Shown one piece after another: positions 16,617-32,000 of a stretch of 32,000 bases of DNA. A program made the translations under genes and the position numbers. Positions within the stretch are counted from its first letter, which is position 1. The number at the start of each line of letters is the position of its first letter. The stretch is taken from assembly GCF_052908335.1 (NCBI RefSeq), contig NZ_CM128606.1. One strand, written 5' to 3'. A model generated the notes under the pieces. The model saw only the letters and a program-made list of their open reading frames with translations, did not search any database and was not told where the DNA came from.

Positions 16617-16787
16617 TCACCAGTAAAAACTAAATGGTTTTACAATTCGACGGAAATCCTGATCGGATTTTTCAAGAATAACTGAAATAATATATTCTTC
16701 AATGGTTGTATTTTTATTGTAAATAATTCTTTGTATCTGCTCGAGAGTGTATTCCGGCAATTTAATTTTAAATTCTTGAGTAGACAT
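16617..16787 (-). CDS. Unannotated 56-aa ORF, possibly a ribbon-helix-helix (CopG-like) protein
   Basis: ATG at 16787 with GAGG 5 nt upstream. The translation is [56 protein letters not shown]. The TGA stop lies 4 nt before the gIII-like ATG. The ORF is below the 60-aa cutoff of the track, and the 64-aa track ORF 16640..16834 is in a different frame. Confidence 0.5.
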   Translation of the reverse strand: MSTQEFKIKLPEYTLEQIQRIIYNKNTTIEEYIISVILEKSDQDFRRIVKPFSFYW

Positions 16788-16879
16788 AAAACCTCACAAG
16801 TTAGATTTAAACCCAATGACACAACATAACCCACAAAGGGAGCCGAACATCATAAAAATAAAATCAAACATAAATATCC

Positions 16880-16904
16880 AAAAAAGGGCGGAATATCCGC
16901 CCTT
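16880..16904 (-). terminator. Rho-independent terminator immediately after the major coat gene
   Basis: Minus-strand reading gives AAGGGCGG-atatt-CCGCCCTT followed by TTTTTGG. This is the same position as the strong terminator after gene VIII in Ff phages. Confidence 0.75.
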
Positions 16905-16920
16905 CCTCATGAAAAACAAC

Positions 16921-17344
<424 letters not shown>

Positions 17345-17349
17345 GAAAC

Positions 17350-17775
17350 TTAATTCTTATCTTTACCAGCGGGCAGTGCACCCAGCGGCTGACCGTCAAA
17401 ACGTTTCATGGAGCCGGAAATAAAACGATACCAGACACCATGACGTTCAGAGCCTGTCGACCATGAGTTAACATCCACCGTGAGATAAACAGGTTTGCCC
17501 TGCAAATCAGGACATGAATTAAAAAATTTAAAATCCTCCTCAGTACAGGAAAATCGCTCATGCTCCTCACGGCGGACTTTTAATTTTCGGTCCTCATACG
17601 GATAGCCAATAACAATGGCATATTTGGGTTTAGCCTCAGGGTTATAATGAGAACCCGTGGGTTTTAACTCCTCATCATTTATGACAGTGGCGTGAATAAA
17701 AAATCCCGCCATTGTCATACCTGCAGTAAAACCCTCAGGGGAAGGAAACGGAAAACTGTCATAAATTTGATTCAT
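17350..17775 (-). CDS. Hypothetical protein in the gene V (ssDNA-binding protein) position
   Basis: 141-aa ORF with a GAGGAG RBS, directly downstream of Rep. The functional call is positional only, and I recognise no motif. Confidence 0.45.
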   Translation of the reverse strand: MNQIYDSFPFPSPEGFTAGMTMAGFFIHATVINDEELKPTGSHYNPEAKPKYAIVIGYPYEDRKLKVRREEHERFSCTEEDFKFFNSCPDLQGKPVYLTVDVNSWSTGSERHGVWYRFISGSMKRFDGQPLGALPAGKDKN

Positions 17776-17805
17776 AAATCAGACTCCTCAATGTTAAAAA
17801 TTCAG

Positions 17806-20963
<3,158 letters not shown>

Positions 20964-21094
20964 GAAAGGTGAAAAGAAACGATAAAATCCTCCATTACAG
21001 AGGATTAAATTGATAATAAATCGGCTGAATCCCACAACTTACAGCAATTTCTCTATTTTTTTAATTAATCCTAAAATAGAGAGCCCACACATTC

Positions 21095-21107
21095 AGAATA
21101 AAATTCT
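21095..21107. promoter_or_regulatory. Lrp binding site of the ilvIH upstream region
   Basis: AGAATAAAATTCT, which reads AGAATTTTATTCT on the other strand, matches what I recall as the high-affinity Lrp site upstream of ilvIH. Confidence 0.5.
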
Positions 21108-21114
21108 ACATTCA

Positions 21115-21161
21115 ATAAAAAATGCAGAATAAACCAGACATTCATGTCTGACCTATTCTGC
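21115..21161 (-). terminator. Rho-independent terminator after leuO
   Basis: Minus-strand reading gives GCAGAATAGGTCAGACAT-ga-ATGTCTGGTTTATTCTGC followed by ATTTTTTATT. Confidence 0.7.
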
Positions 21162-21167
21162 AATCAG

Positions 21168-22112
21168 TTAGCGTTTGCAAATTGAGACTAATTGCTCTTC
21201 CATCCACTGATGGCCTTTATCGCGCCCGGCAGCTTCATGCCAGGAGAGATAACAGGTTCTGCTGTTTTGTTTTAACGGCAGCGGTAATACCTGTAATTCT
21301 AAGGATTCAGCGAACTCTTCAGCCAGCCAACGCGGCGCAATAGCGACCAAATGCGTTTGCGACACCACGCTAAGTACGCTCATCATTGCCATGCCCTGAT
21401 ACGCGATACTGGCTTGCTTATCTACCGTGTCATACCAAGGTTGACTAAATGACGCGAAACGATCGAGCGAAACCGCCGCATGTTGTTCGTTATAAACATC
21501 ATGTTTCAGTAACGGGCCCTTAATTGTTGGATGATTTTTGCTGGCTACCAGCACCATTTCATCTTTAAATAATGGTACGCTGGTAAATTCAGGACGATGG
21601 AAGTCTTCATAACTAATCACAAACTCCGTTTCCTGATAACGCAGCTGATGTTCAGTGTTCTGATTTAATGAAGACTTGAACATAACATGTATATTTGGCG
21701 CAATCTGCTCAATGTGATTATAAATCTGCGAGGTCAGAATGCTGTCTAACGGGCTGCAAACACAAAGATGAAATACACGTTCACTGCTCGCGGGTTCAAA
21801 ACCTGAACCAGGCAATTCATTTTGTACTAGTTGCAATGCCTGACGAACTGAACCAAAAAGTTGAAATGCGCGAGCAGTCGGTTGAATACCACGGCCATAA
21901 CGAACAAAAAGCTCGTCATTAAACATCACCTTCAGGCGTGCAACAGCGTTACTGACCGCAGGTTGCGACATTCCCAGAACATGAGCGGCACGAGTAATGT
22001 TTTGCTCCTGCATCACGGCATCGAAAACGGTTAATAAGTTGAGATCGACCATGCGTAGCTGTGGCTTGCTTAACTCCGCCGTCTCTGGATGATCTGTTTG
22101 TACCTCTGGCAT
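21168..22112 (-). CDS. leuO: LysR-family regulator LeuO
   Basis: 314-aa protein starting [27 protein letters not shown]. The ATG is at 22112, and the 28-codon extension in the track is rejected. Confidence 0.95.
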   Translation of the reverse strand: MPEVQTDHPETAELSKPQLRMVDLNLLTVFDAVMQEQNITRAAHVLGMSQPAVSNAVARLKVMFNDELFVRYGRGIQPTARAFQLFGSVRQALQLVQNELPGSGFEPASSERVFHLCVCSPLDSILTSQIYNHIEQIAPNIHVMFKSSLNQNTEHQLRYQETEFVISYEDFHRPEFTSVPLFKDEMVLVASKNHPTIKGPLLKHDVYNEQHAAVSLDRFASFSQPWYDTVDKQASIAYQGMAMMSVLSVVSQTHLVAIAPRWLAEEFAESLELQVLPLPLKQNSRTCYLSWHEAAGRDKGHQWMEEQLVSICKR

Positions 22113-22771
22113 ACTTAACTCCACTGTCACACTTAACTCCCTTTCCCTTATTGGAATGCAGAGAAATAATCCTCGAGAATATGATTTATCATGCATATAA
22201 AATAAGAAAAAGGAAAATGAGTAAAATTAGGAAAACATAAAGATACGGGTTCTGATAAAAACAGAATCCATTGCCGTGGAATGAGTCATTTACCACAGCA
22301 TAATAATCCATAATGTTTTTGTTGCGAAAACAATCTAATCATAACTACCGCGAATACTCAATCATCTACAAAATGGATTAAATGTGCTTATTTAATAATT
22401 AATTTATATATTTAATGCATTAATTCTTAACATTAATTGATCAATAATATTCACCAAATCAATATCAAAAAAAATCGCAAAACATATAATTCAATACAAA
22501 TCATCAGGATAGGTTTTGCAACGCGTGCATTTTGTCCCCTTTTTCCTCGTTGATTAGATGCAAAAATTTATGCTGAAATATGTCAACCGATGAAAAGCGT
22601 CGGTAGTTAAGCAGAAATTAATATCGCTTACTTTAACCACCGCAGCACAATTAGCTAATTTTACGGATGCAGAACTCACGCTGGCGGGACGTTTTTATTG
22701 CGTCAGGGTTGACATCCGTTTTTGTATCCAGTAACTCTAAAAGCATATCGCATTCATCTGGAGCTGATTTA

Positions 22772-22858
22772 ATGACTCACATCGTTCGCTTTATCGGTCT
22801 ACTACTACTAAACGCATCTTCTTTGCGCGGTAGACGAGTGAGCGGCATCCAGCATTAA
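22772..22858 (+). CDS. leuL: leu operon leader peptide
   Basis: [28 protein letters not shown] (28 aa) with four consecutive Leu codons. Confidence 0.9.
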
Positions 22859-22882
22859 GCCAGCACGCAGTCAAACAAAAAA

Positions 22883-22907
22883 CCCGCGCCATTGCGCGGG
22901 TTTTTTT
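22883..22907 (+). terminator. leu attenuator terminator
   Basis: CCCGCGC-catt-GCGCGGG followed by TTTTTTT, between leuL and leuA. Confidence 0.85.
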
Positions 22908-22950
22908 ATGCCCGAAGCGAGGCGCTCTAAAAGAGACAAGGACCCAAACC

Positions 22951-25613
<2,663 letters not shown>

Positions 25614-25615
25614 TC

Positions 25616-27632
<2,017 letters not shown>

Positions 27633-27640
27633 TCCCCTTG

Positions 27641-27663
27641 CCCGGTCAAATGACCGGGCTTTC
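27641..27663 (+). terminator. Hairpin terminator after leuD (convergent with setA)
   Basis: CCCGGTC-aaat-GACCGGG followed by CTTTCC. The U-tract is short. Confidence 0.5.
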
Positions 27664-27680
27664 CGCTATCGTCCACGTCA

Positions 27681-28859
27681 TCAAACGTCTTTAACCTTTG
27701 CGGTTAAAAATAATGCGATAACAGAAATAACCGCAATTACCCAGTAGACAGCAAAGTGCCCCCAACTTTGTGCAATTGCTCCCTGAATAACGCCAGCCAG
27801 AATTACCCCGGTAGAAATACTGTTAGTAAATAAGGTGGTAGCTGCCCCCGCTCTTCCAGGCATTAAATCCTGAAACCATAGCATCCCAATACCCGCAACA
27901 ATGCCGATAAATACAGCGTTAAAAAGTTGCAGCGTCATCAACGCCAGACGGCTATGAAATAAAATCAATCCGGTGTAAAACAGTACTCCTGCCGCCACTG
28001 CTATGACCATCATTCGCCGCTTACCATAACGTTTGACATAGTAGCCAGCCAGAATCATTGCTGGTATTTCCAGACCAGCTGCCGTCCCCATCAGGAAACC
28101 CGCCAGTTTGTCTGGCAATCCTAACTCGCTACTGATCCACAACGGCATATCAATAATGTACATGGTGTTGCAGGTCCACATTAACGTCGAGGCGACAAAT
28201 AACATCCGTACGTTACTATCCTGCCAGCCACCTTGCATTGATAAAGCATTTTCCGACGGCAGTTCTACCCGCGCCACAGACGGAAGCATAAATGCAATCA
28301 ATACCAGACTGAGTGTGAATATCCCGGCGGCAATCGAAAACATCACCGTAAAGCCGTAATTCAACGCCAGCATAAAGGCCAACGGTGGACCGATAACCCA
28401 TGCCAGAGAAAGCTGCGCACGCATCACCGAGCTAAACATCACCACTTCTCGCGCCGAGTTATCCGCATATTCCCGCGCCAGAGCAAATAACTGTGGCATT
28501 GCCGTATTGGCCAGAGATGCCAGAAGCACACCACAGGTGATAAGCGTCAGATAATGACGATTAAATGCAAACAATAGCGCATTGCCGATAGCCATCAAAC
28601 AGCAAAATATAATCAGTTTTCGCCGATCGCCCTGACTGTCAGAACGTTTTGCCAACCAGAGGCTTACGCCGATCCCAGCAATAGCATTCACCGTATAAAA
28701 GAGTCCGATCCAGAAAGGTTGCGCGCCAACCTCACGACTCAGAAATAAGCTCAATGTAGGAGCCTGTAGCGCCCCGGCCACCCCCATCATAAAAGCGACC
28801 AGCATAAATGCCGCGTAAACACCGTTCATACGGCGAGCCATCGTCATTATCCAGATCAT
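27681..28859 (-). CDS. setA: Sugar efflux transporter A (MFS)
   Basis: 392-aa multi-transmembrane ORF recognised as E. coli SetA, downstream of sgrS. Confidence 0.93.
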   Translation of the reverse strand: MIWIMTMARRMNGVYAAFMLVAFMMGVAGALQAPTLSLFLSREVGAQPFWIGLFYTVNAIAGIGVSLWLAKRSDSQGDRRKLIIFCCLMAIGNALLFAFNRHYLTLITCGVLLASLANTAMPQLFALAREYADNSAREVVMFSSVMRAQLSLAWVIGPPLAFMLALNYGFTVMFSIAAGIFTLSLVLIAFMLPSVARVELPSENALSMQGGWQDSNVRMLFVASTLMWTCNTMYIIDMPLWISSELGLPDKLAGFLMGTAAGLEIPAMILAGYYVKRYGKRRMMVIAVAAGVLFYTGLILFHSRLALMTLQLFNAVFIGIVAGIGMLWFQDLMPGRAGAATTLFTNSISTGVILAGVIQGAIAQSWGHFAVYWVIAVISVIALFLTAKVKDV

Positions 28860-28886
28860 ACGTTCCCTTTTTAGCGCGGCGAGAAT

Positions 28887-29113
28887 AAAAAAAACCAGCA
28901 GGTATAATCTGCTGGCGGGTGATTTTACACCAATACTCAGTCACACATGATGCAGGCAAGTCAACTTTCAGAATTGCGGTCATCCCACTGCATCAGTCCT
29001 TCAAGCATGGTTAATCGTTGTGGGACGCTTAACCAACGCAACCAGCACAACTTCGCTGTCGCGGTAAAATAGTGCTGATAAAACTGACGCATGGGGCACC
29101 CCCTTGCTTCATC
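28887..29113 (-). ncRNA. sgrS: SgrS small RNA (glucose-phosphate stress)
   Basis: Minus-strand reading starts GATGAAGCAAGGGGGTGCCCCATG and ends ...CCAGCAGATTATACCTGCTGG followed by eight T. The length is 227 nt. It is divergent from sgrR and contains sgrT. Confidence 0.9.
28961..29092 (-). CDS. sgrT: SgrT, small inhibitor of PtsG, encoded within SgrS
   Basis: 43-aa MRQFYQHYFTATAKLCWLRWLSVPQRLTMLEGLMQWDDRNSES. The longer 99-aa track ORF is an upstream read-through artefact. Confidence 0.85.
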   Translation of the reverse strand: MRQFYQHYFTATAKLCWLRWLSVPQRLTMLEGLMQWDDRNSES

Positions 29114-29180
29114 GTTAGGAATTATTGACTTAATATAGGGAAAATAAAATTGCTGTCTTTTGCACAGGAGTTCCCCTTTT

Positions 29181-30836
29181 ATGCCATCTGCTCGTCTGCA
29201 ACAACAGTTCATCCGCCTGTGGCAATGCTGCGAGGGTAAATCGCAGGACACAACGCTCAACGAACTGGCAGCGTTATTGAGCTGCTCGCGTCGTCATATG
29301 CGCACCCTGCTCAACACCATGCAGGATCGCGGCTGGCTGACGTGGGAAGCGGAAGTCGGGCGTGGTAAACGCTCGCGTCTGACATTCCTCTATACCGGGC
29401 TGGCGCTTCAGCAACAGCGGGCGGAAGACCTGCTGGAGCAGGATCGTATCGACCAACTAGTGCAGTTGGTTGGCGACAAAGCGACTGTGCGGCAAATGCT
29501 GGTTTCTCATCTGGGCCGCAGCTTCCGCCAGGGGCGGCACATCCTGCGCGTGCTCTACTATCGTCCGTTGCGTAATCTGCTACCTGGCAGCGCATTGCGC
29601 CGTTCCGAAACCCATATTGCCCGGCAAATCTTCAGTTCGCTAACGCGCATAAATGAGGAAAATGGGGAACTGGAAGCAGACATCGCCCACCACTGGCAGC
29701 AAATATCACCGCTTCACTGGCGTTTCTTTTTGCGTCCAGGAGTCCATTTTCATCATGGTCGTGAACTGGAAATGGACGACGTGATCGCCTCTTTAAAACG
29801 AATCAATACGCTGCCGCTCTATTCGCATATTGCTGACATTGTGTCGCCGACGCCCTGGACGCTGGATATCCATCTCACGCAACCGGACCGCTGGTTACCG
29901 TTATTGCTGGGGCAAGTTCCGGCGATGATCCTGCCGCGCGAATGGGAAACCCTCAGTAACTTTGCCAGCCATCCCATCGGCACCGGTCCGTATGCGGTGA
30001 TCCGCAACAGCACCAATCAACTGAAAATTCAGGCATTCGATGACTTCTTCGGTTACCGGGCATTAATCGACGAAGTTAACGTCTGGGTTCTGCCGGAAAT
30101 TGCCGACGAGCCAGCTGGAGGTCTGATGCTAAAAGGTCCACAGGGTGAGGAAAAAGAGATTGAAAGCCGCCTGGAGGAAGGTTGCTACTATTTACTATTC
30201 GACAGCCGCACCCATCGCGGGGCGAATCAGCAAGTCAGGGACTGGGTAAGCTATGTGCTTTCTCCAACTAATCTGGTCTATTTCGCTGAGGAACAGTACC
30301 AGCAACTGTGGTTCCCGGCTTATGGACTGCTCCCCCGTTGGCACCATGCCCGCACCATAAAGAGCGAAAAACCGGCTGGCCTGGAAAGCCTCATCCTGAC
30401 CTTTTATCAGGATCACAGTGAGCATCGGGTGATTGCCGGGATCATGCAGCAGATTCTGGCAAGTCACCAGGTCACGCTGGAAATCAAAGAGATCAGCTAC
30501 GATCAGTGGCATGAAGGAGAGATCGAGAGCGATATCTGGCTTAACAGCGCCAACTTTACGCTGCCGCTGGATTTTTCGCTGTTCGCGCACTTGTGCGAGG
30601 TGCCGCTGCTCCAACACTGTATTCCGATCGACTGGCAAGCCGACGCCGCCCGCTGGCGCAATGGCGAAATGAACCTGGCGAACTGGTGCCAGCAACTGGT
30701 CGCCAGCAAAGCAATGGTGCCGCTTATCCACCACTGGCTGATCATTCAGGGGCAACGCAGTATGCGCGGCCTACGCATGAATACCCTCGGCTGGTTCGAT
30801 TTTAAATCAGCGTGGTTTGCGCCACCGGATCCATGA
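29181..30836 (+). CDS. sgrR: Transcriptional activator of sgrS
   Basis: 551 aa from the ATG at 29181 ([20 protein letters not shown]...), with an N-terminal wHTH and a solute-binding-protein-like domain. Confidence 0.95.
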   Translation: MPSARLQQQFIRLWQCCEGKSQDTTLNELAALLSCSRRHMRTLLNTMQDRGWLTWEAEVGRGKRSRLTFLYTGLALQQQRAEDLLEQDRIDQLVQLVGDKATVRQMLVSHLGRSFRQGRHILRVLYYRPLRNLLPGSALRRSETHIARQIFSSLTRINEENGELEADIAHHWQQISPLHWRFFLRPGVHFHHGRELEMDDVIASLKRINTLPLYSHIADIVSPTPWTLDIHLTQPDRWLPLLLGQVPAMILPREWETLSNFASHPIGTGPYAVIRNSTNQLKIQAFDDFFGYRALIDEVNVWVLPEIADEPAGGLMLKGPQGEEKEIESRLEEGCYYLLFDSRTHRGANQQVRDWVSYVLSPTNLVYFAEEQYQQLWFPAYGLLPRWHHARTIKSEKPAGLESLILTFYQDHSEHRVIAGIMQQILASHQVTLEIKEISYDQWHEGEIESDIWLNSANFTLPLDFSLFAHLCEVPLLQHCIPIDWQADAARWRNGEMNLANWCQQLVASKAMVPLIHHWLIIQGQRSMRGLRMNTLGWFDFKSAWFAPPDP

Positions 30837-30867
30837 TTGCTGGTTGATAACAAAATCACTACACTAA

Positions 30868-30955
30868 CGCCGTTCTCAACGGGGTGCCACGCGTACGCGT
30901 GCGCTGAGAAAATACCCGTCGAACCTGATCCGGATAACGCCGGCGAAGGGATTTG
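30868..30955 (+). promoter_or_regulatory. TPP (THI-box) riboswitch of the thiBPQ operon
   Basis: Conserved elements are present: GGGGTGC...CTGAGA...ACCCGTCGAACCTGATCCGGATAACGCCGGCGAAGGGA, immediately upstream of thiB. Confidence 0.85.
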
Positions 30956-30999
30956 AGGCTCCTTCTCAAGTCCTTTGCCACTCTTTTTTGAGGTGCAAA

Positions 31000-31983
31000 G
31001 TGTTAAAAAAATGTCTGCCCCTGCTGTTGCTGTGCACAGCGCCCGTTTTCGCTAAACCCGTTCTGACTGTTTATACCTACGATTCCTTCGCCGCCGACTG
31101 GGGGCCTGGTCCGGTGGTTAAAAAAGCCTTTGAAGCCGACTGTAATTGCGAACTGAAACTGGTGGCGCTGGAAGATGGCGTTTCGCTTCTCAACCGTCTA
31201 CGGATGGAAGGCAAAAACAGTAAAGCCGATGTGGTGCTGGGGCTGGATAACAACCTGTTAGACGCCGCCAGTAAAACCGGACTGTTTGCCAAAAGCGGTG
31301 TGGCAGCGGATGCCGTTAACGTTCCCGGCGGCTGGAATAATGACACTTTCGTACCGTTTGATTATGGCTACTTCGCCTTCGTTTATGACAAGAACAAACT
31401 GAAAAACCCGCCACAAAGCCTGAAAGAACTGGTTGAGAGCGATCAAAACTGGCGGGTGATTTATCAGGATCCGCGCACCAGTACACCGGGGCTGGGTCTG
31501 TTGCTATGGATGCAAAAAGTCTATGGCGATGACGCCCCACAAGCCTGGCAGAAACTGGCGAAGAAAACGGTCACGGTCACCAAAGGCTGGAGCGAAGCCT
31601 ACGGCCTGTTTTTAAAAGGTGAAAGCGATCTGGTACTGAGTTACACCACCTCTCCGGCTTATCACATTCTCGAAGAGAAGAAAGATAACTACGCCGCCGC
31701 GAACTTCAGCGAAGGTCACTATCTGCAAGTGGAAGTCGCCGCCCGCACCGCTGCCAGCAAGCAGCCGGAGCTGGCGCAAAAATTCCTCCAGTTTATGGTT
31801 TCTCCGGCTTTCCAGAATGCGATCCCAACCGGCAACTGGATGTATCCGGTGGCAAACGTCACGCTGCCTGCCGGTTTTGAAAAATTGACCAAACCCGCAA
31901 CCACGTTGGAGTTCACGCCAGCCGAAGTGGCGGCACAACGTCAGGCATGGATTAGCGAATGGCAACGCGCCGTCAGCCGTTAA
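31000..31983 (+). CDS. thiB: Thiamine ABC transporter periplasmic binding protein
   Basis: 327 aa from the GTG at 31000 (MLKKCLPLLLLCTAPVFA signal peptide). The track starts 4 codons earlier at a TTG. Confidence 0.93.
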   Translation: MLKKCLPLLLLCTAPVFAKPVLTVYTYDSFAADWGPGPVVKKAFEADCNCELKLVALEDGVSLLNRLRMEGKNSKADVVLGLDNNLLDAASKTGLFAKSGVAADAVNVPGGWNNDTFVPFDYGYFAFVYDKNKLKNPPQSLKELVESDQNWRVIYQDPRTSTPGLGLLLWMQKVYGDDAPQAWQKLAKKTVTVTKGWSEAYGLFLKGESDLVLSYTTSPAYHILEEKKDNYAAANFSEGHYLQVEVAARTAASKQPELAQKFLQFMVSPAFQNAIPTGNWMYPVANVTLPAGFEKLTKPATTLEFTPAEVAAQRQAWISEWQRAVSR

Positions 31984-32000
31984 TTCCCGGCTGGTTAATT
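31959..32000 (+). CDS. thiP: Thiamine ABC transporter permease, first 14 codons (runs off the right edge)
   Basis: ATG GCA ACG CGC CGT CAG CCG TTA ATT CCC GGC TGG TTA ATT translates to MATRRQPLIPGWLI. It overlaps the thiB 3' end as in E. coli. Confidence 0.8.
   Translation, partial: MATRRQPLIPGWLI

Noticed and set aside
16640-16834. 64-aa ORF from the track between the coat gene and gene III.
   Set aside because: Its start lies just downstream of the coat-gene terminator and has no RBS, and the sequence is low-complexity. The overlapping 56-aa frame (16617..16787) has an RBS and is coupled to gene III.
28961-29260. 99-aa minus-strand ORF across the sgrS/sgrR divergent region.
   Set aside because: Only the last 43 codons correspond to SgrT. 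The rest reads through the sgrS 5' end and the sgrR promoter and start.

Overview
Escherichia coli-type chromosome from the ~2-min region, in reverse orientation relative to K-12 numbering. The core genes were recognised from their protein sequences. They are the start of the dcw cluster (mraY' murF murE ftsI ftsL rsmH mraZ), cra, ilvIH, leuO, leuLABCD, setA, sgrS/sgrT, sgrR, and a TPP riboswitch followed by thiB-thiP'. The only accessory DNA is a ~9.9 kb insertion (about 11070..20957) in the normally short leuO-ilvI intergenic region. It is an apparently intact Ff-like filamentous (inovirus) prophage on the minus strand, with the order Rep, gV-position protein, small membrane ORF, major coat, terminator, small RHH-like ORF, gIII-like adsorption protein, gVI-like, Zot/pI, pIV secretin, and a 27-bp-arm hairpin. 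Two non-canonical modules sit at its ends. At one end, an IS110-family DEDD recombinase ends 2 nt before the Rep gene and has a 180-nt non-coding leader that abuts the chromosome. At the other end is an AT-rich single-HKD PLD-family nuclease-like gene. My main hypothesis is that the whole phage is mobilised and integrated as IS110 cargo, possibly guided by a bridge-type RNA encoded in the leader. Short complementarities to both junctions and a shared CTG at both ends are visible, but they are short and untested. The insertion also separates the ilvIH core promoter from its upstream Lrp sites. Junction positions rely on my memory of the K-12 empty site and need an alignment to confirm.
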